A DNA stretch of 64,000 nt from an uncultured Pseudomonadota bacterium (lineage in GTDB: Bacteria > Myxococcota_A > Polyangia > Fen-1088): NCBI GenBank assembly GCA_963847705.1, contig CAWKBC010000030.1:288001-352000 (forward strand). Direction: 5' to 3'. Under the pieces are notes generated by a model. It ran no database searches. It worked only from the letters and a program-made list of their open reading frames with translations, and had not been told where the DNA came from. Of this stretch, positions 28,128 through 38,693 are shown piece after piece. Both the position numbers and the translations under genes were made by a program. Numbering within the stretch: position 1 is the first letter of the stretch; the number at the start of each line of letters is the position of its first letter.

Positions 28128-31100
28128 TCAGTCGGGGGCGATCCCCGGGGCCAGCATTCGGGCCAGCGAGCGCGGCGCCCTGGCGCCGCTGTCGCGCATC
28201 CAGGTCTCACTGGCCCCGGCCACGGCCGGGTCGCCGTCGCGCGCGCCGGCAGCCATCTGCGCCGCGGCCTTGAACAGCGCCAGCTCGTGCGCGCCGGTCT
28301 CGTCGATCGCGCGCCGGAGCCAGGCTGCTGTCTCGGCGTGATGGCCTTCGGACCGCTCGATGCCCGCAAAGAGGAGCGCCGCCATCGCGCCACCCCAGCC
28401 GGTGCCCCGGCGCAATTGATTCGCGCACCGCCGGGCCAGGAGAAGCCGCGCGGTGCGCTCGCTCCCCGTCGCGCAGAGGCCGCCGGCCAGCGCGGCGCGC
28501 CCGCGCAGGTGGACCGCCACGATCCGGGTGTGCTGCATCTGGAGCAGCAGCGAGCGGCGGAGCGCTGGCCATCCGGCGACGCAACGCTGGTAGGCCCTCT
28601 CGCCGTCGCCTTGATAGAGGTCGATCTGTGTCTCCGCGATCAGCTGGTACCAGTGCTGGATGTGATAGCCGTGCGCCGACCAGGCGGCCATCGCCTCGCG
28701 CGTCTCCTGCTGCGCGCGCGCCGGATCGTCGGCCAGCAGCCAGACGGTGTTGGCCAGGCCGATCCGCAAGGTCGTCGCGGCGTAGACCGAGCCGCGATCG
28801 TGCGCCTCCTTCAGACCCTCGGCCGCCTCGGCGCGGAACCGCTCCAGGGCGCCGAGGTAATAGAAACACTCGAGCGTGAAGTGCCGGACGGCGTTCAGCT
28901 CCCAGGCGGCGCCGACGCAGCGGTCGCGAAAGATCCGCTCCGCCGTGGCGAGGTGCTCGACCGCGGAGGCGAACCGTCCCCCGAGGTGCGCGGCCAGACC
29001 GCTCATCAGGGAAACGATGCCGGCGGCGTGCGGGTGATCGAGCTGGGCCGCGATGGCCGCCGCCTCGCCGAGGAGCTGCTGCGCCCGTGTTCGGTTCCCC
29101 TGCGCGGCGGCGTAGGCCGCCTCGCCGGCGATGCCGCGCGACACGCGGTAGGGCTCGCCGGCCGAGAGCGCCAGCCGCAAGCTGCGCGCCTGGAAGTGGG
29201 CGCCCTGCGCGGGATCCATCAGGGCCAGGCCCGAGGAGATCGACCAGCAGAGATCCGCGCGCGCCAGCTCGCGGGGGGCGATCTCCTCCGCGCTGCGGCG
29301 CCTGAACCGCCGGCCGCGCAAGAACAGCGCCGCCCGCTCGGCGATGAGCGCGCGCACCGGTGATTTGGCGAAGCTCATCCCGGCGTCCGCCAGCGCCTCG
29401 TCGGCCACCGTGCGCCCCTCGTCGAGGTGCCCGCTGCGGATGAGCTCCTCGGCCCCGCGCCGCCGCAGATCCATCGCCTGGGCCGGGCCGGCGCTGCGCG
29501 CGGCGGCCAGGTAGTTGGCGGCGGCCTCGGCGCCGCGTCCCACGTTGGAGAGCGCGTCGCCGAGACCGACCAGCATCTCGCGCCGCTGCTCGTCCGACCA
29601 GTTGCCGAGCGCCAGGGCGTCGGTGTAGCTGTCGATGGCCCGATCGAACGCCAGCGCCTCCGCCGCGCGCCGGGCCGCCGACGAGAAGTGCACGGCCGCG
29701 CGATCGGGGTGTCCGGCCTCGCGCCAGTGGCTGCCGGCGCGCAGCGAGTTGCTGGCATCCTCGAACGCCTCGGCCAGCTTCTCGTGCAGGTCGCGCGCGA
29801 CGGCGCTGGAGGTCGACTGGCGCGCCACCTGGCGGATGCGATCGTGCGAAAAATCGAGCAGCTCGTCGCCCCGCTCGGTCACCGAGTAGACGAGGCGCGC
29901 CGAGCGAAGCTCGTCGAAGAGCCGCACCGCCGTGGGGCCGTCGAGGTCGCACAGGCGCCGCAACATCCGCACCGGCGTGGGCGCGCCCGAGATCGCCAGC
30001 GTGCGCAGCACCCGCACCGTCGCCTCGGGGAACGACTCGAGCTGGGCGCGCAGCACGCTGTCGAGGGTCAGGTGGGCGCCGTTGCCGCGCCGCAGGTGCG
30101 CCGTGCGGGCCAGCTCCAGGAGAAACAGCGGGTGACCGGACGATTCGCGGGCCAGCACGTCGGCGCCGCGGTCGGGATCGCTGGCGCCGCCCGAAAGCAA
30201 GAGCTCGCGGGCCAGCCTCCGGGCGGCGTCCCCGTCCAGGTTGGAGAGCATCAGCTCCTCTTCGGGGACGTCGGCCGCCAGGAACCGCCCGGCGGGCTCT
30301 CCGGCGGCCTGCGTCCGCAGCGTCCCCAGCAAGAGGAGGCGCGGCGCGTCTGGCGGGCGCAGCACCTCCGACAGCAGCGCCACCGAGTCGGCGTCGGCCC
30401 ACTGCAGATCGTCGACGTAGGCGACGATGGTCGCCCGCTCCCCGAGCGCACGCAGAAGCTGACGAAAGACCACGAACATCGAGGCGCGGACCTCGCGCGG
30501 GTCGGGGCCCACGTGCTGGTGGGGCGCGTGGGCGATGAGCGGGACGCGCCCCAGGACCGGAAAGGCCTGCAGGAGGACCGCCGCCCGATCGGGGACGATG
30601 CGCCCGATCGTGTCGGGGTCGAGCTGCCGGAGAAGGCCGGTCAGGACGTCGACCAGGCCGTCGAGCGCCTTGAACGGCACCAGCTCCCGTTCGTAGCAGC
30701 GGGCGGTCAGGAGGATCGGCGGCGCATGCTCGTTCGTCTCCAGCCGGGTTTCGAGGAAGGCCCGCACCAGCGCCGATTTCCCCACGCCCGACTCGCCGCG
30801 CACGATGAGCACGCGCGCCCCCTCCCCCTGCCGGACGGCGTCGAGCGCCGCCTCCATCGCGGCGAGCTCGCTCTCGCGGCCGACGAAATGGACGGCGTCG
30901 TCGCGCGGGGCGGGGGGGGATCGACCGCGCGCCCGATCGGGGCCGGCGCCAGCGCCGCCAGCACCTCGGGCCCCGAGGCGCGCAGCTCGGGATCCGCCTC
31001 CAGCAGGCGATCGCACAGCGCCGCCAGATCGGCCGGGACGCCGGGCGCCAGCGCGGCGAGGCGGGGCGCCCGCCCGTGCTGCTTCCGGTAGAGGATCTCG

Positions 31101-31871
31101 TGCGGCAGCCCCTCGAACGGCAGCCGCCCCGAGAGCAGCTCGAACAGGATGACGCCGAAGGCATACCAGTCGGCGGCGCCGCTCACCGGCTGCATCGCCA
31201 CCTGCTCGGGCGCCATGTACTCGGGCGTCCCGGCGCCCGATTGCGTGGTCTCGATCGAGGCCGCGCTGACCAGCCCGAAGTCGAGCAGGACGGCGCGCCC
31301 CTCGGGCGTCACCAGCACGTTCGACGGTTTGACGTCGCGGTGGACGGCCCCGGCGGCGTGCAGCGCCGCCAGCGCGCGCGCCAGCTGCGCCAGCGCCGGC
31401 CGCAGCCGCTCCTCGCGGTAGTGGCCGCCGGGCGGGGCGCCGAGAGGGAGGCCGGACGAGGGATCGTACCGGCGAATCGCCTCGCCCGGCAGCACGATCG
31501 GCGTCGGGGCGTCGGAGGCCAGCAGCGGGGAGAGCGAGGTGCGGGCCGGTGGCTCGACCCCCCGCACGTAGCTCATCAGAATCGACCCCCTGCACCAGCT
31601 CCATGGTGAAGAACCACTGCGAGCCCTCGGAGACCAGCTCGCCGAGGCGCACCAGGTTGGGGTGGCGGACGTCGGCGACGGTCCGGAACTCGCGCTTGAA
31701 GCGCAGCAGCATGTCGGGGCTGACCACCGGCAAGAGCTTCAGCGCGACGGGGACGGCGTTGGTCTCGTCGAACGCCTCGTAGACGACCCCCATCCCGCCC
31801 CGGCCCAGGAAGCGAACGAGCCGGAAACGCGTGGTCCCTCGAAACGCGACAGCGCCCAGGTCCATCGTCAC
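28128..31871 (-). CDS. Ser/Thr kinase-AAA ATPase-TPR protein with two compensating frameshifts (~31580 and ~30915)
   Basis: LGRGGMGVVY, VALK, HPNLV in the main frame; HRDVKPSN, DFG, GTPEYMAPE in frame 30707..31576; Walker A GESGVGKS and B VDDLQWAD back in the main frame. Confidence 0.9.
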   Translation of the reverse strand: MTMDLGAVAFRGTTRFRLVRFLGRGGMGVVYEAFDETNAVPVALKLLPVVSPDMLLRFKREFRTVADVRHPNLVRLGELVSEGSQWFFTMELVQGVDSDELRAGGRATGPHLALPAAGLRRPDADRAAGRGDSPVRSLVRPPSRRPARRPLPRGAAAAGAGAAGARAGGAARRRGRPPRRQTVERAGDARGARRPARLRAGQRGLDRDHAIGRRDARVHGARAGGDAAGERRRRLVCLRRHPVRAALGAAAVRGAAARDPLPEAARAGAPPRRAGARRPGRSGGAVRSPAGGGSRAARLGARGAGGAGAGPDRARGRSPPAPRDDAVHFVGRESELAAMEAALDAVRQGEGARVLIVRGESGVGKSALVRAFLETRLETNEHAPPILLTARCYERELVPFKALDGLVDVLTGLLRQLDPDTIGRIVPDRAAVLLQAFPVLGRVPLIAHAPHQHVGPDPREVRASMFVVFRQLLRALGERATIVAYVDDLQWADADSVALLSEVLRPPDAPRLLLLGTLRTQAAGEPAGRFLAADVPEEELMLSNLDGDAARRLARELLLSGGASDPDRGADVLARESSGHPLFLLELARTAHLRRGNGAHLTLDSVLRAQLESFPEATVRVLRTLAISGAPTPVRMLRRLCDLDGPTAVRLFDELRSARLVYSVTERGDELLDFSHDRIRQVARQSTSSAVARDLHEKLAEAFEDASNSLRAGSHWREAGHPDRAAVHFSSAARRAAEALAFDRAIDSYTDALALGNWSDEQRREMLVGLGDALSNVGRGAEAAANYLAAARSAGPAQAMDLRRRGAEELIRSGHLDEGRTVADEALADAGMSFAKSPVRALIAERAALFLRGRRFRRRSAEEIAPRELARADLCWSISSGLALMDPAQGAHFQARSLRLALSAGEPYRVSRGIAGEAAYAAAQGNRTRAQQLLGEAAAIAAQLDHPHAAGIVSLMSGLAAHLGGRFASAVEHLATAERIFRDRCVGAAWELNAVRHFTLECFYYLGALERFRAEAAEGLKEAHDRGSVYAATTLRIGLANTVWLLADDPARAQQETREAMAAWSAHGYHIQHWYQLIAETQIDLYQGDGERAYQRCVAGWPALRRSLLLQMQHTRIVAVHLRGRAALAGGLCATGSERTARLLLARRCANQLRRGTGWGGAMAALLFAGIERSEGHHAETAAWLRRAIDETGAHELALFKAAAQMAAGARDGDPAVAGASETWMRDSGARAPRSLARMLAPGIAPD

Positions 31872-32002
31872 CTTCCGGGCGCTTGCACGCTGCGTTTTTA
31901 TCGCGAAATACGTGCAGGCGTCCAGCCGGTGTACGCTGCCGACCCGCTGAGACGGCTGCGGAAACTATGAGGTCCGACGGACGTTCCCCTTCGGGAGGGT
32001 TC

Positions 32003-32768
32003 ATGAAGCTGGTGCCCAGGCTCGAGTTGAAGTTGGCTTCGATTGACGATCTGCTGGCCGGCCGGTGCGGCAAGGTGGCGCCCGGTGACGTGTTCGCGTT
32101 CAACGGGATTTCGAACGTCGACGCCTTCATCCAAGAGGCGACCGATTCGGCCATCTCGCACGTCGGGATCGTCATCCGCGAGACGGACCAGGCGCCGCTC
32201 TCGCTCCTGGAGGCGACGGGCAAGGGGATTACCGCCACGCCGCTCGCCGAGGTGCTCGAGGGCTACCGGCCCGATCACACCTGCTTCTACCTGCCGCTCG
32301 CGCCGCCGAGCCGCGCCCTGGTCGTCCCCGCGGTGCTGACCGACTACTACCTCTCCAACGCGCTCGACAAGTACAACTACGACGGTGTGGTCGAGGCCGG
32401 CCTCTACGACCTCGACCACCCCTTCTTCGATCGCCTGCTCACGCACTTTCACGAGAACTCACCCGTCGCCCGGGTCGCCGGGTGGTGGGAAGAGCTGGTG
32501 AACGAGGCGCACAAGATCTCGGATCGAGGTCTTCGGAGAGACCCCGGCCTACCGCCGTCTCTTTTGCTCACAGCTGGTCTCGGAGGTGCTCCAGGCGATG
32601 AAGGTGGTCGAGGTCCCGCCTCCGGCCCGGCTGGTGGTCCCGGTGGAGGTCTGCTGGTTCGACATCTACGCCGGGGCCTACCAGCTCAACGGCGGGGCGC
32701 TCATGCTGGACCCCTTCCGCTGGGGCGACGCGCCAGTCCCGCTTCCTCTCGCCATGCCCGGACCGTAA
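32003..32768 (+). CDS. permuted papain-like amidase (YiiX/YaeF, NlpC/P60 superfamily), frameshifted near 32520
   Basis: PGDVF, SHVGIV, LLEAT, KYNY, then LFCSQLVSEVL in the shifted frame (His-before-Cys order). Confidence 0.75.
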
Positions 32769-32810
32769 CCAATGGCCGCGGCAATCGTAGACTTCGCTAA
32801 GGAGGTCGTC

Positions 32811-33992
32811 ATGAAGTCGCCCGAGCCCGAGCTGAAACCCAGGCTGTTGCCGTCAGTCCCCATCGCCGTCGCGGCGATGGTCGCCATCGCGCTGGTCGGC
32901 GCCGCGCGCTGGAGTCGGTCCGCGCCGAGGGCGAGCGACCCCACAGGAGGGCGAGTGATGTCTCAGAAGAAATACACCAAACCGTCGACCGCAGAGCTCA
33001 AGAAGACGCTCACGGGCGTCCAGTACGAGGTGACCCAGAACGCCGGCACCGAGCCGCCGTTCGACAACGCCTACTGGAGCAACCACGAGGCGGGGCTCTA
33101 CGTCGACATTGCCACCGGCGAGCCGCTGTTCAGCTCGACCGACAAGTTCGAATCGGGGACCGGCTGGCCCAGCTTCACCCGCCCGGTCGAGCAGGGGCGG
33201 GTGGTCGACGCCAGCGACAGCTCCCACGGGATGGAGCGAACCGAGGTCCGTTCGGTGGGCGGCGGGTCGCACCTGGGGCACGTCTTCGACGACGGCCCGG
33301 CACCCACGCACCTGCGTTACTGCATCAACTCCGCTTCGCTGCGGTTCATCCCGGTCGCGAAGCTCGAAGCCGAGGGCTACGGCGCCTACGCGCCGCTCTT
33401 CGGGGGCGCAGCCAAGAGCACCACGGCCGCGGCTGCGCCGGCAGCGCCGGAGCCCAACACCTGCACCCGCCCGCCGGCCGGCGGCAAGCCGGGCTGTTCG
33501 CCGACGCTGGAGACGGCGATCCTGGCGGGCGGCTGCTTCTGGGGGATGGAGGACATCCTCCGGCAGATCCCCGGCGTCGTCGAGACGGAGGTCGGCTACA
33601 CGGGCGGCACGACCTCGCATCCCAAGTACGAGGACGTCCACACCGGCCGGACCGGCCACGCCGAATCGGTGCGGATCGTGTTCGACCCGAAGAAGCTGTC
33701 GTACGACGACCTGCTCGAGAAGTGGTTCTTCCGGATGCACGACCCGACCACGCCCGATCGGCAGGGGAACGACGTCGGGTCGCAGTATCGCTCGGCGATC
33801 TTCGTGACCTCGGCCGAGCAGCGCAAGGTGGCCGAGATGGCCCGCGACCACGCCCAGAAGTCAGGGCGCTGGAAGAGCTCGATCGTGACTCAGATCGTGG
33901 AGGCCGGTCCCTTCACCCCGGCCGAGGCCTACCACCAGAAGTACCTGGAGAAGAACCCAGGCGGCTACACCTGCCACTACGTCCGCAACTGA
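32811..33992 (+). CDS. msrAB: bifunctional methionine sulfoxide reductase MsrB-MsrA, with N-terminal signal/TM
   Basis: MsrB GTGWPSF, HLGHVF, RYCINS; Msr[32 protein letters not shown]; GGAGG RBS. Confidence 0.95.
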   Translation: MKSPEPELKPRLLPSVPIAVAAMVAIALVGAARWSRSAPRASDPTGGRVMSQKKYTKPSTAELKKTLTGVQYEVTQNAGTEPPFDNAYWSNHEAGLYVDIATGEPLFSSTDKFESGTGWPSFTRPVEQGRVVDASDSSHGMERTEVRSVGGGSHLGHVFDDGPAPTHLRYCINSASLRFIPVAKLEAEGYGAYAPLFGGAAKSTTAAAAPAAPEPNTCTRPPAGGKPGCSPTLETAILAGGCFWGMEDILRQIPGVVETEVGYTGGTTSHPKYEDVHTGRTGHAESVRIVFDPKKLSYDDLLEKWFFRMHDPTTPDRQGNDVGSQYRSAIFVTSAEQRKVAEMARDHAQKSGRWKSSIVTQIVEAGPFTPAEAYHQKYLEKNPGGYTCHYVRN

Positions 33993-34006
33993 CAGAGCCT
34001 CACTTT

Positions 34007-34044
34007 CCCGGCCCTCACCCCCAATTCGGGGGGAGGGCCGGTTT
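34007..34044 (+). terminator. hairpin terminator after msrAB
   Basis: CCGGCCCTC...GAGGGCCGG followed by TTTCATTTC. Confidence 0.5.
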
Positions 34045-34157
34045 CATTTCTGGTCCGACCAGACGGCCGCGTGCAGCTCGCACGGTCTTTGGCGCGCGCG
34101 ATTTGGCAATTTGCAGGATCGGGGCCGGGAAACGCACAGCATCTCGGCCTGCGGCCC

Positions 34158-34173
34158 TGGCGCGAAATCTGCA
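34158..34173 (+). promoter_or_regulatory. sigma54 (-24/-12) promoter
   Basis: TGGCGCG-AAAT-CTGCA matches TGGCACG-N4-TTGCW, 22 bp before ATG 34196. Confidence 0.6.
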
Positions 34174-34195
34174 CACTCCAGCGGCAGGTCTCCCC

Positions 34196-34591
34196 ATGGA
34201 TCGCGCCGCCGACATCATCCCGATCTCGTCGCGCTCCGCGCGCCGCCCCCCGGTTCTGGCGTCCGAGCCCATCCAGAGCATTGCGGAGCCCAGCAGGAGC
34301 GGCGGGTGGGCTCTGGCGCTGGTCGGCATCGGGCTGGCGCTCGTCGCCGGGGTGGCGGTCTCTCGCGTGCAGCAGGTGAAGAGCGTCCGCACCCTTCCCG
34401 CCGCCGACCGCGTGGCCCTCTACCACCGGACGTTGACGGACGTCGAGACCGCCTGCACGACCCCCGAGGCCCGCGACGGCGCCCTGCGTGACCACTGCCT
34501 CGGGCAAGCGCAGTTCCTGACCCTCTTCCCGGACTGCGACGCCCGCTGCCAGCAGCTGGCCGCGTCCGTTCTCCCCCACGCCCGCCGCTAG
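34196..34591 (+). CDS. small single-TM protein with four Cys in the extracytoplasmic part
   Basis: TM WALALVGIGLALVAGVAV; C...C...CDARC; good codon usage. Confidence 0.65.
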   Translation: MDRAADIIPISSRSARRPPVLASEPIQSIAEPSRSGGWALALVGIGLALVAGVAVSRVQQVKSVRTLPAADRVALYHRTLTDVETACTTPEARDGALRDHCLGQAQFLTLFPDCDARCQQLAASVLPHARR

Positions 34592-34757
34592 GCGGCCCCT
34601 CTCGGCGTCGACCGACGGGTCGCAGGTGACACTTTAGACACGTCGCCGGGACTTCCCAGCGCAGCAAGTGTCATCGCTTGGCGGGGGAAGCGAGTTGCGT
34701 CCAGGCGCGCACCTGGCCGGACAACGGCTCGATAAGGAATCGTGACCGCTCGGGCCG

Positions 34758-35684
34758 TTGCTGCCATTGTCGTTCTCGTTGTCGAAGCCCAGCTCATTCG
34801 CGCGCCGGCTGCTGCTGGTCTCGGCTCTGCTGGGCAGGGTGCTGTGGTGTTCGGCTCCCGCTCTGGCGGCCGGGACGCTGCGGGTCGACTTCATCGACGT
34901 GGGGCAGGGGGACGCGGCGCTGGTGATCTCGCCGACCGGGAAGACGGTGCTCATCGACGGGGGGCCCCACAGCTCGGCGCGGGCGCTCACCGCGTTCTTG
35001 CGCGCGCACGTGCACGCGCCGCTCGACCTCATCCTCCTGACCCACCGGCACGAGGACCATCTGGGCGGGCTGCCGGAGGTCGTCGAGGAGCTCGGCGCCC
35101 GGCAGTTCGTCGACGCACCGGTGCCGCACGCGCAGAAGGGGTACACCGCGTTGATGCGGGCGCTGGAGGCGCGCGGGGCGGTCGTCCGGCAGGCGACGCG
35201 CGGGCGGACCATCGATCTCGGCGGCGGCGCGACGCTGACGCTGCTCGGCCCGCCCGACCCGCTCATCACCGGATCGCACTCGGACGTGAACGCGAACAGC
35301 GTGGTCGCGCGGCTGACCTACCGCGGGTTCTCGGTGCTGTTCGCCGGGGACGCCGAGGCTCCGACGGAATCCTGGCTGCTCACCTCGGGCGTGACGCTGC
35401 GGTCGGTGGTGCTCAAGGTTGCGCACCATGGCAGCCGTTACGCGTCGGGCACCCCGTTCCTGCAGGCGGTGGGGGCGCGGATCGCCGTCGTCAGCGTCGG
35501 TGCGGGGAACAGGTACCGCCACCCGGCCTCCGCCACGCTGGCGCGGCTCGCCCGGGCGGGGGCCACGATCTATCGTACCGACATGGACGGCGACGTGACG
35601 ATCGAAAGCGACGGCGCGAGCGACGGCTCGTCGGTGCGGGTCCGGACCGCCCGCGGTCGCCAGGAGACGGTGTCGGCGCGATGA
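34758..35684 (+). CDS. ComEC/Rec2-type metallo-beta-lactamase fold hydrolase (exported, no Competence TM domain)
   Basis: FIDVGQGDA, LIDGG, THRHEDH, NANS, LFAGDAE, LKVAHHGS, NRYRHP, YRTDMDG. Confidence 0.9.
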   Translation: MLPLSFSLSKPSSFARRLLLVSALLGRVLWCSAPALAAGTLRVDFIDVGQGDAALVISPTGKTVLIDGGPHSSARALTAFLRAHVHAPLDLILLTHRHEDHLGGLPEVVEELGARQFVDAPVPHAQKGYTALMRALEARGAVVRQATRGRTIDLGGGATLTLLGPPDPLITGSHSDVNANSVVARLTYRGFSVLFAGDAEAPTESWLLTSGVTLRSVVLKVAHHGSRYASGTPFLQAVGARIAVVSVGAGNRYRHPASATLARLARAGATIYRTDMDGDVTIESDGASDGSSVRVRTARGRQETVSAR

Positions 35685-35935
35685 GCGAACCGCCCGCTCG
35701 ATCGGCCGACACGGCCGACACGCTGCTGTTCGTCGACCAGATCGAGAACGGCTGGGCGCACCTGCTGCTCGGGGAAACGGCGTTCGACGTCCCGGTCCGT
35801 TTGCTTCCCGCCGGCAGCAAAGAGGGGACCTGGCTGCGCTGGTCCTTCGCCGCGGCCCCGCCGCCGCCCGACGCCGGCGCCATCATCCGCCGCAAGCTGC
35901 AGCAGGGCGACGACGGCGGTGACATCAAGCTGTGA
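35681..35935 (+). CDS. DUF3006-family small protein
   Basis: ATGA overlap; VDQIENGWAHL...LLPAGSKEGTWL pattern; usual partner of ComEC-like MBL. Confidence 0.7.
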   Translation: MSEPPARSADTADTLLFVDQIENGWAHLLLGETAFDVPVRLLPAGSKEGTWLRWSFAAAPPPPDAGAIIRRKLQQGDDGGDIKL

Positions 35936-35948
35936 GGGGGTGCGCCCT

Positions 35949-36039
35949 CCTGGAACTTGATGTTGTCGATCTGCAGCTCCACGGTGCAGGTCTCGGTGCC
36001 GGCCGAGGAGGAGCTCACCTGCCACTGGATGCCGGTCAC
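35949..36039 (-). pseudogene. remnant of a carbohydrate-binding-domain C-terminus
   Basis: VTGIQWQVSS...CTVELQIDNIKF with coding-like codon usage but no room for a complete gene. Confidence 0.45.
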
Positions 36040-36084
36040 CTGCCCTCGCCACCGTCCACGCGCCGGATGACCCAGAGACGGCGG

Positions 36085-37067
36085 TTACTGCGTCTGGGTC
36101 TGGGTCGCGGCGGCGACCACCGGCTCTTCCCCTTCCAGCCCCCCCTGCAGCTCGCCGCAGGCGGCGCCGGTTTCGTCGACGATGCGGGTGAGCAGCGCAT
36201 GCTCGGAGGAGGGGACGCCGGCCTTCTCCTGGTTGTCGAGCCAATGGTCGAGCGCATCGAGGCGCTTGCGGGCGTCGGCGATGCCGCGATTGCCCGTCGA
36301 CGGGAGCCGCTTGACCAGGCCCAGCGCCGAGCGCAGGCAGTAGCGCAGCGAGCGGGGGAAGCGGTTCTCGAACAGCAGGAAGCCGATCACGCTCTCGCCG
36401 CTGACCCGCCCCTGCTGCTTGCGCATGTAGGCCTCGAAGCCGGAGCAGGCGCGCAGCAGCGACAGCCAGAGCGCTGACTGCAGCAGCGGCTGTTGCTGCG
36501 CCTCGGCGGCGCCGCGGATGTGGTGGTGCATGTCCAGCGTCCGCGCCGTCTGACCCAGGCGCTCGATCATCACGCCCAGCCAGAGAAAATCCATCGCCTC
36601 GTCGTGCATCATCGTGCTGCGCATGAGGCCGAGCGCCAGCTGCGTCGAGCGGCGGACGTTCCGGTAGACCTCGTCGCGGTCGTTCAGGTACTGCGCGGCG
36701 GCGCCTTCGCTCATGAACCAGAGATAGAGCTCGTTGGTCGCTTCCCAGATGTCGTGGCCGATCACCTCGCGGATCGAGCGTGCCCCTTCGCGCCCGGCGC
36801 GGATCGAGCTGCGGATCGAGACCGGGTTGTCGGGTGACCAGGTCATGTAGCGCTGGACCGCCTCGCCGTCACCGGCGGCCTCGGCGCCCAGGTCCTCGGC
36901 CAGATCGGGGTACTGGCCCGAAACGATCACCAGCGGGCGCCAGCAGTAGAGCGGTGGCAGCTCGGCATCGAACGCCAGGATGCGCGTCACCTGCAGGAGG
37001 CGCGCGGTGCTCTCGGCCCGTTCGATGTAGCGGCCGAGCCAGAAGCAGTGGTCCGCGACCCGGGAGA

Positions 37068-37071
<4 letters not shown>
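36085..37071 (-). CDS. alpha-E domain protein
   Basis: MISRVADHCFWLGRYIERAESTAR, ARSIRE, IERLGQTAR, FPRSLRYC; GTGA overlap with the ATP-grasp gene. Confidence 0.92.
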
Positions 37072-38603
<1,532 letters not shown>

Positions 38604-38693
38604 TCTATCTCAGTAACATCGGTTTACGGTATTTGATCCTTCTCGAAACCTGACATTAACCTCGGAAGCCCTAAGTTGCCCCCTATTCACGGA

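Noticed and set aside
30915-31580. Apparent low-complexity insertion inside the 1247-aa kinase ORF
   Set aside because: It is the wrong frame between two compensating indels; the kinase core is in frame 30707..31576
34758-35684. Full comEC DNA-uptake channel
   Set aside because: Only the MBL domain is present; the Competence membrane domain is missing
38604-38693. Nitrogen-regulator box (GTAAC...TTTAC / GAAAC-N6-TTAAC) between the ATP-grasp operons
   Set aside because: Spacing does not cleanly match NtcA or GlnR consensus, and no sigma54 box is seen
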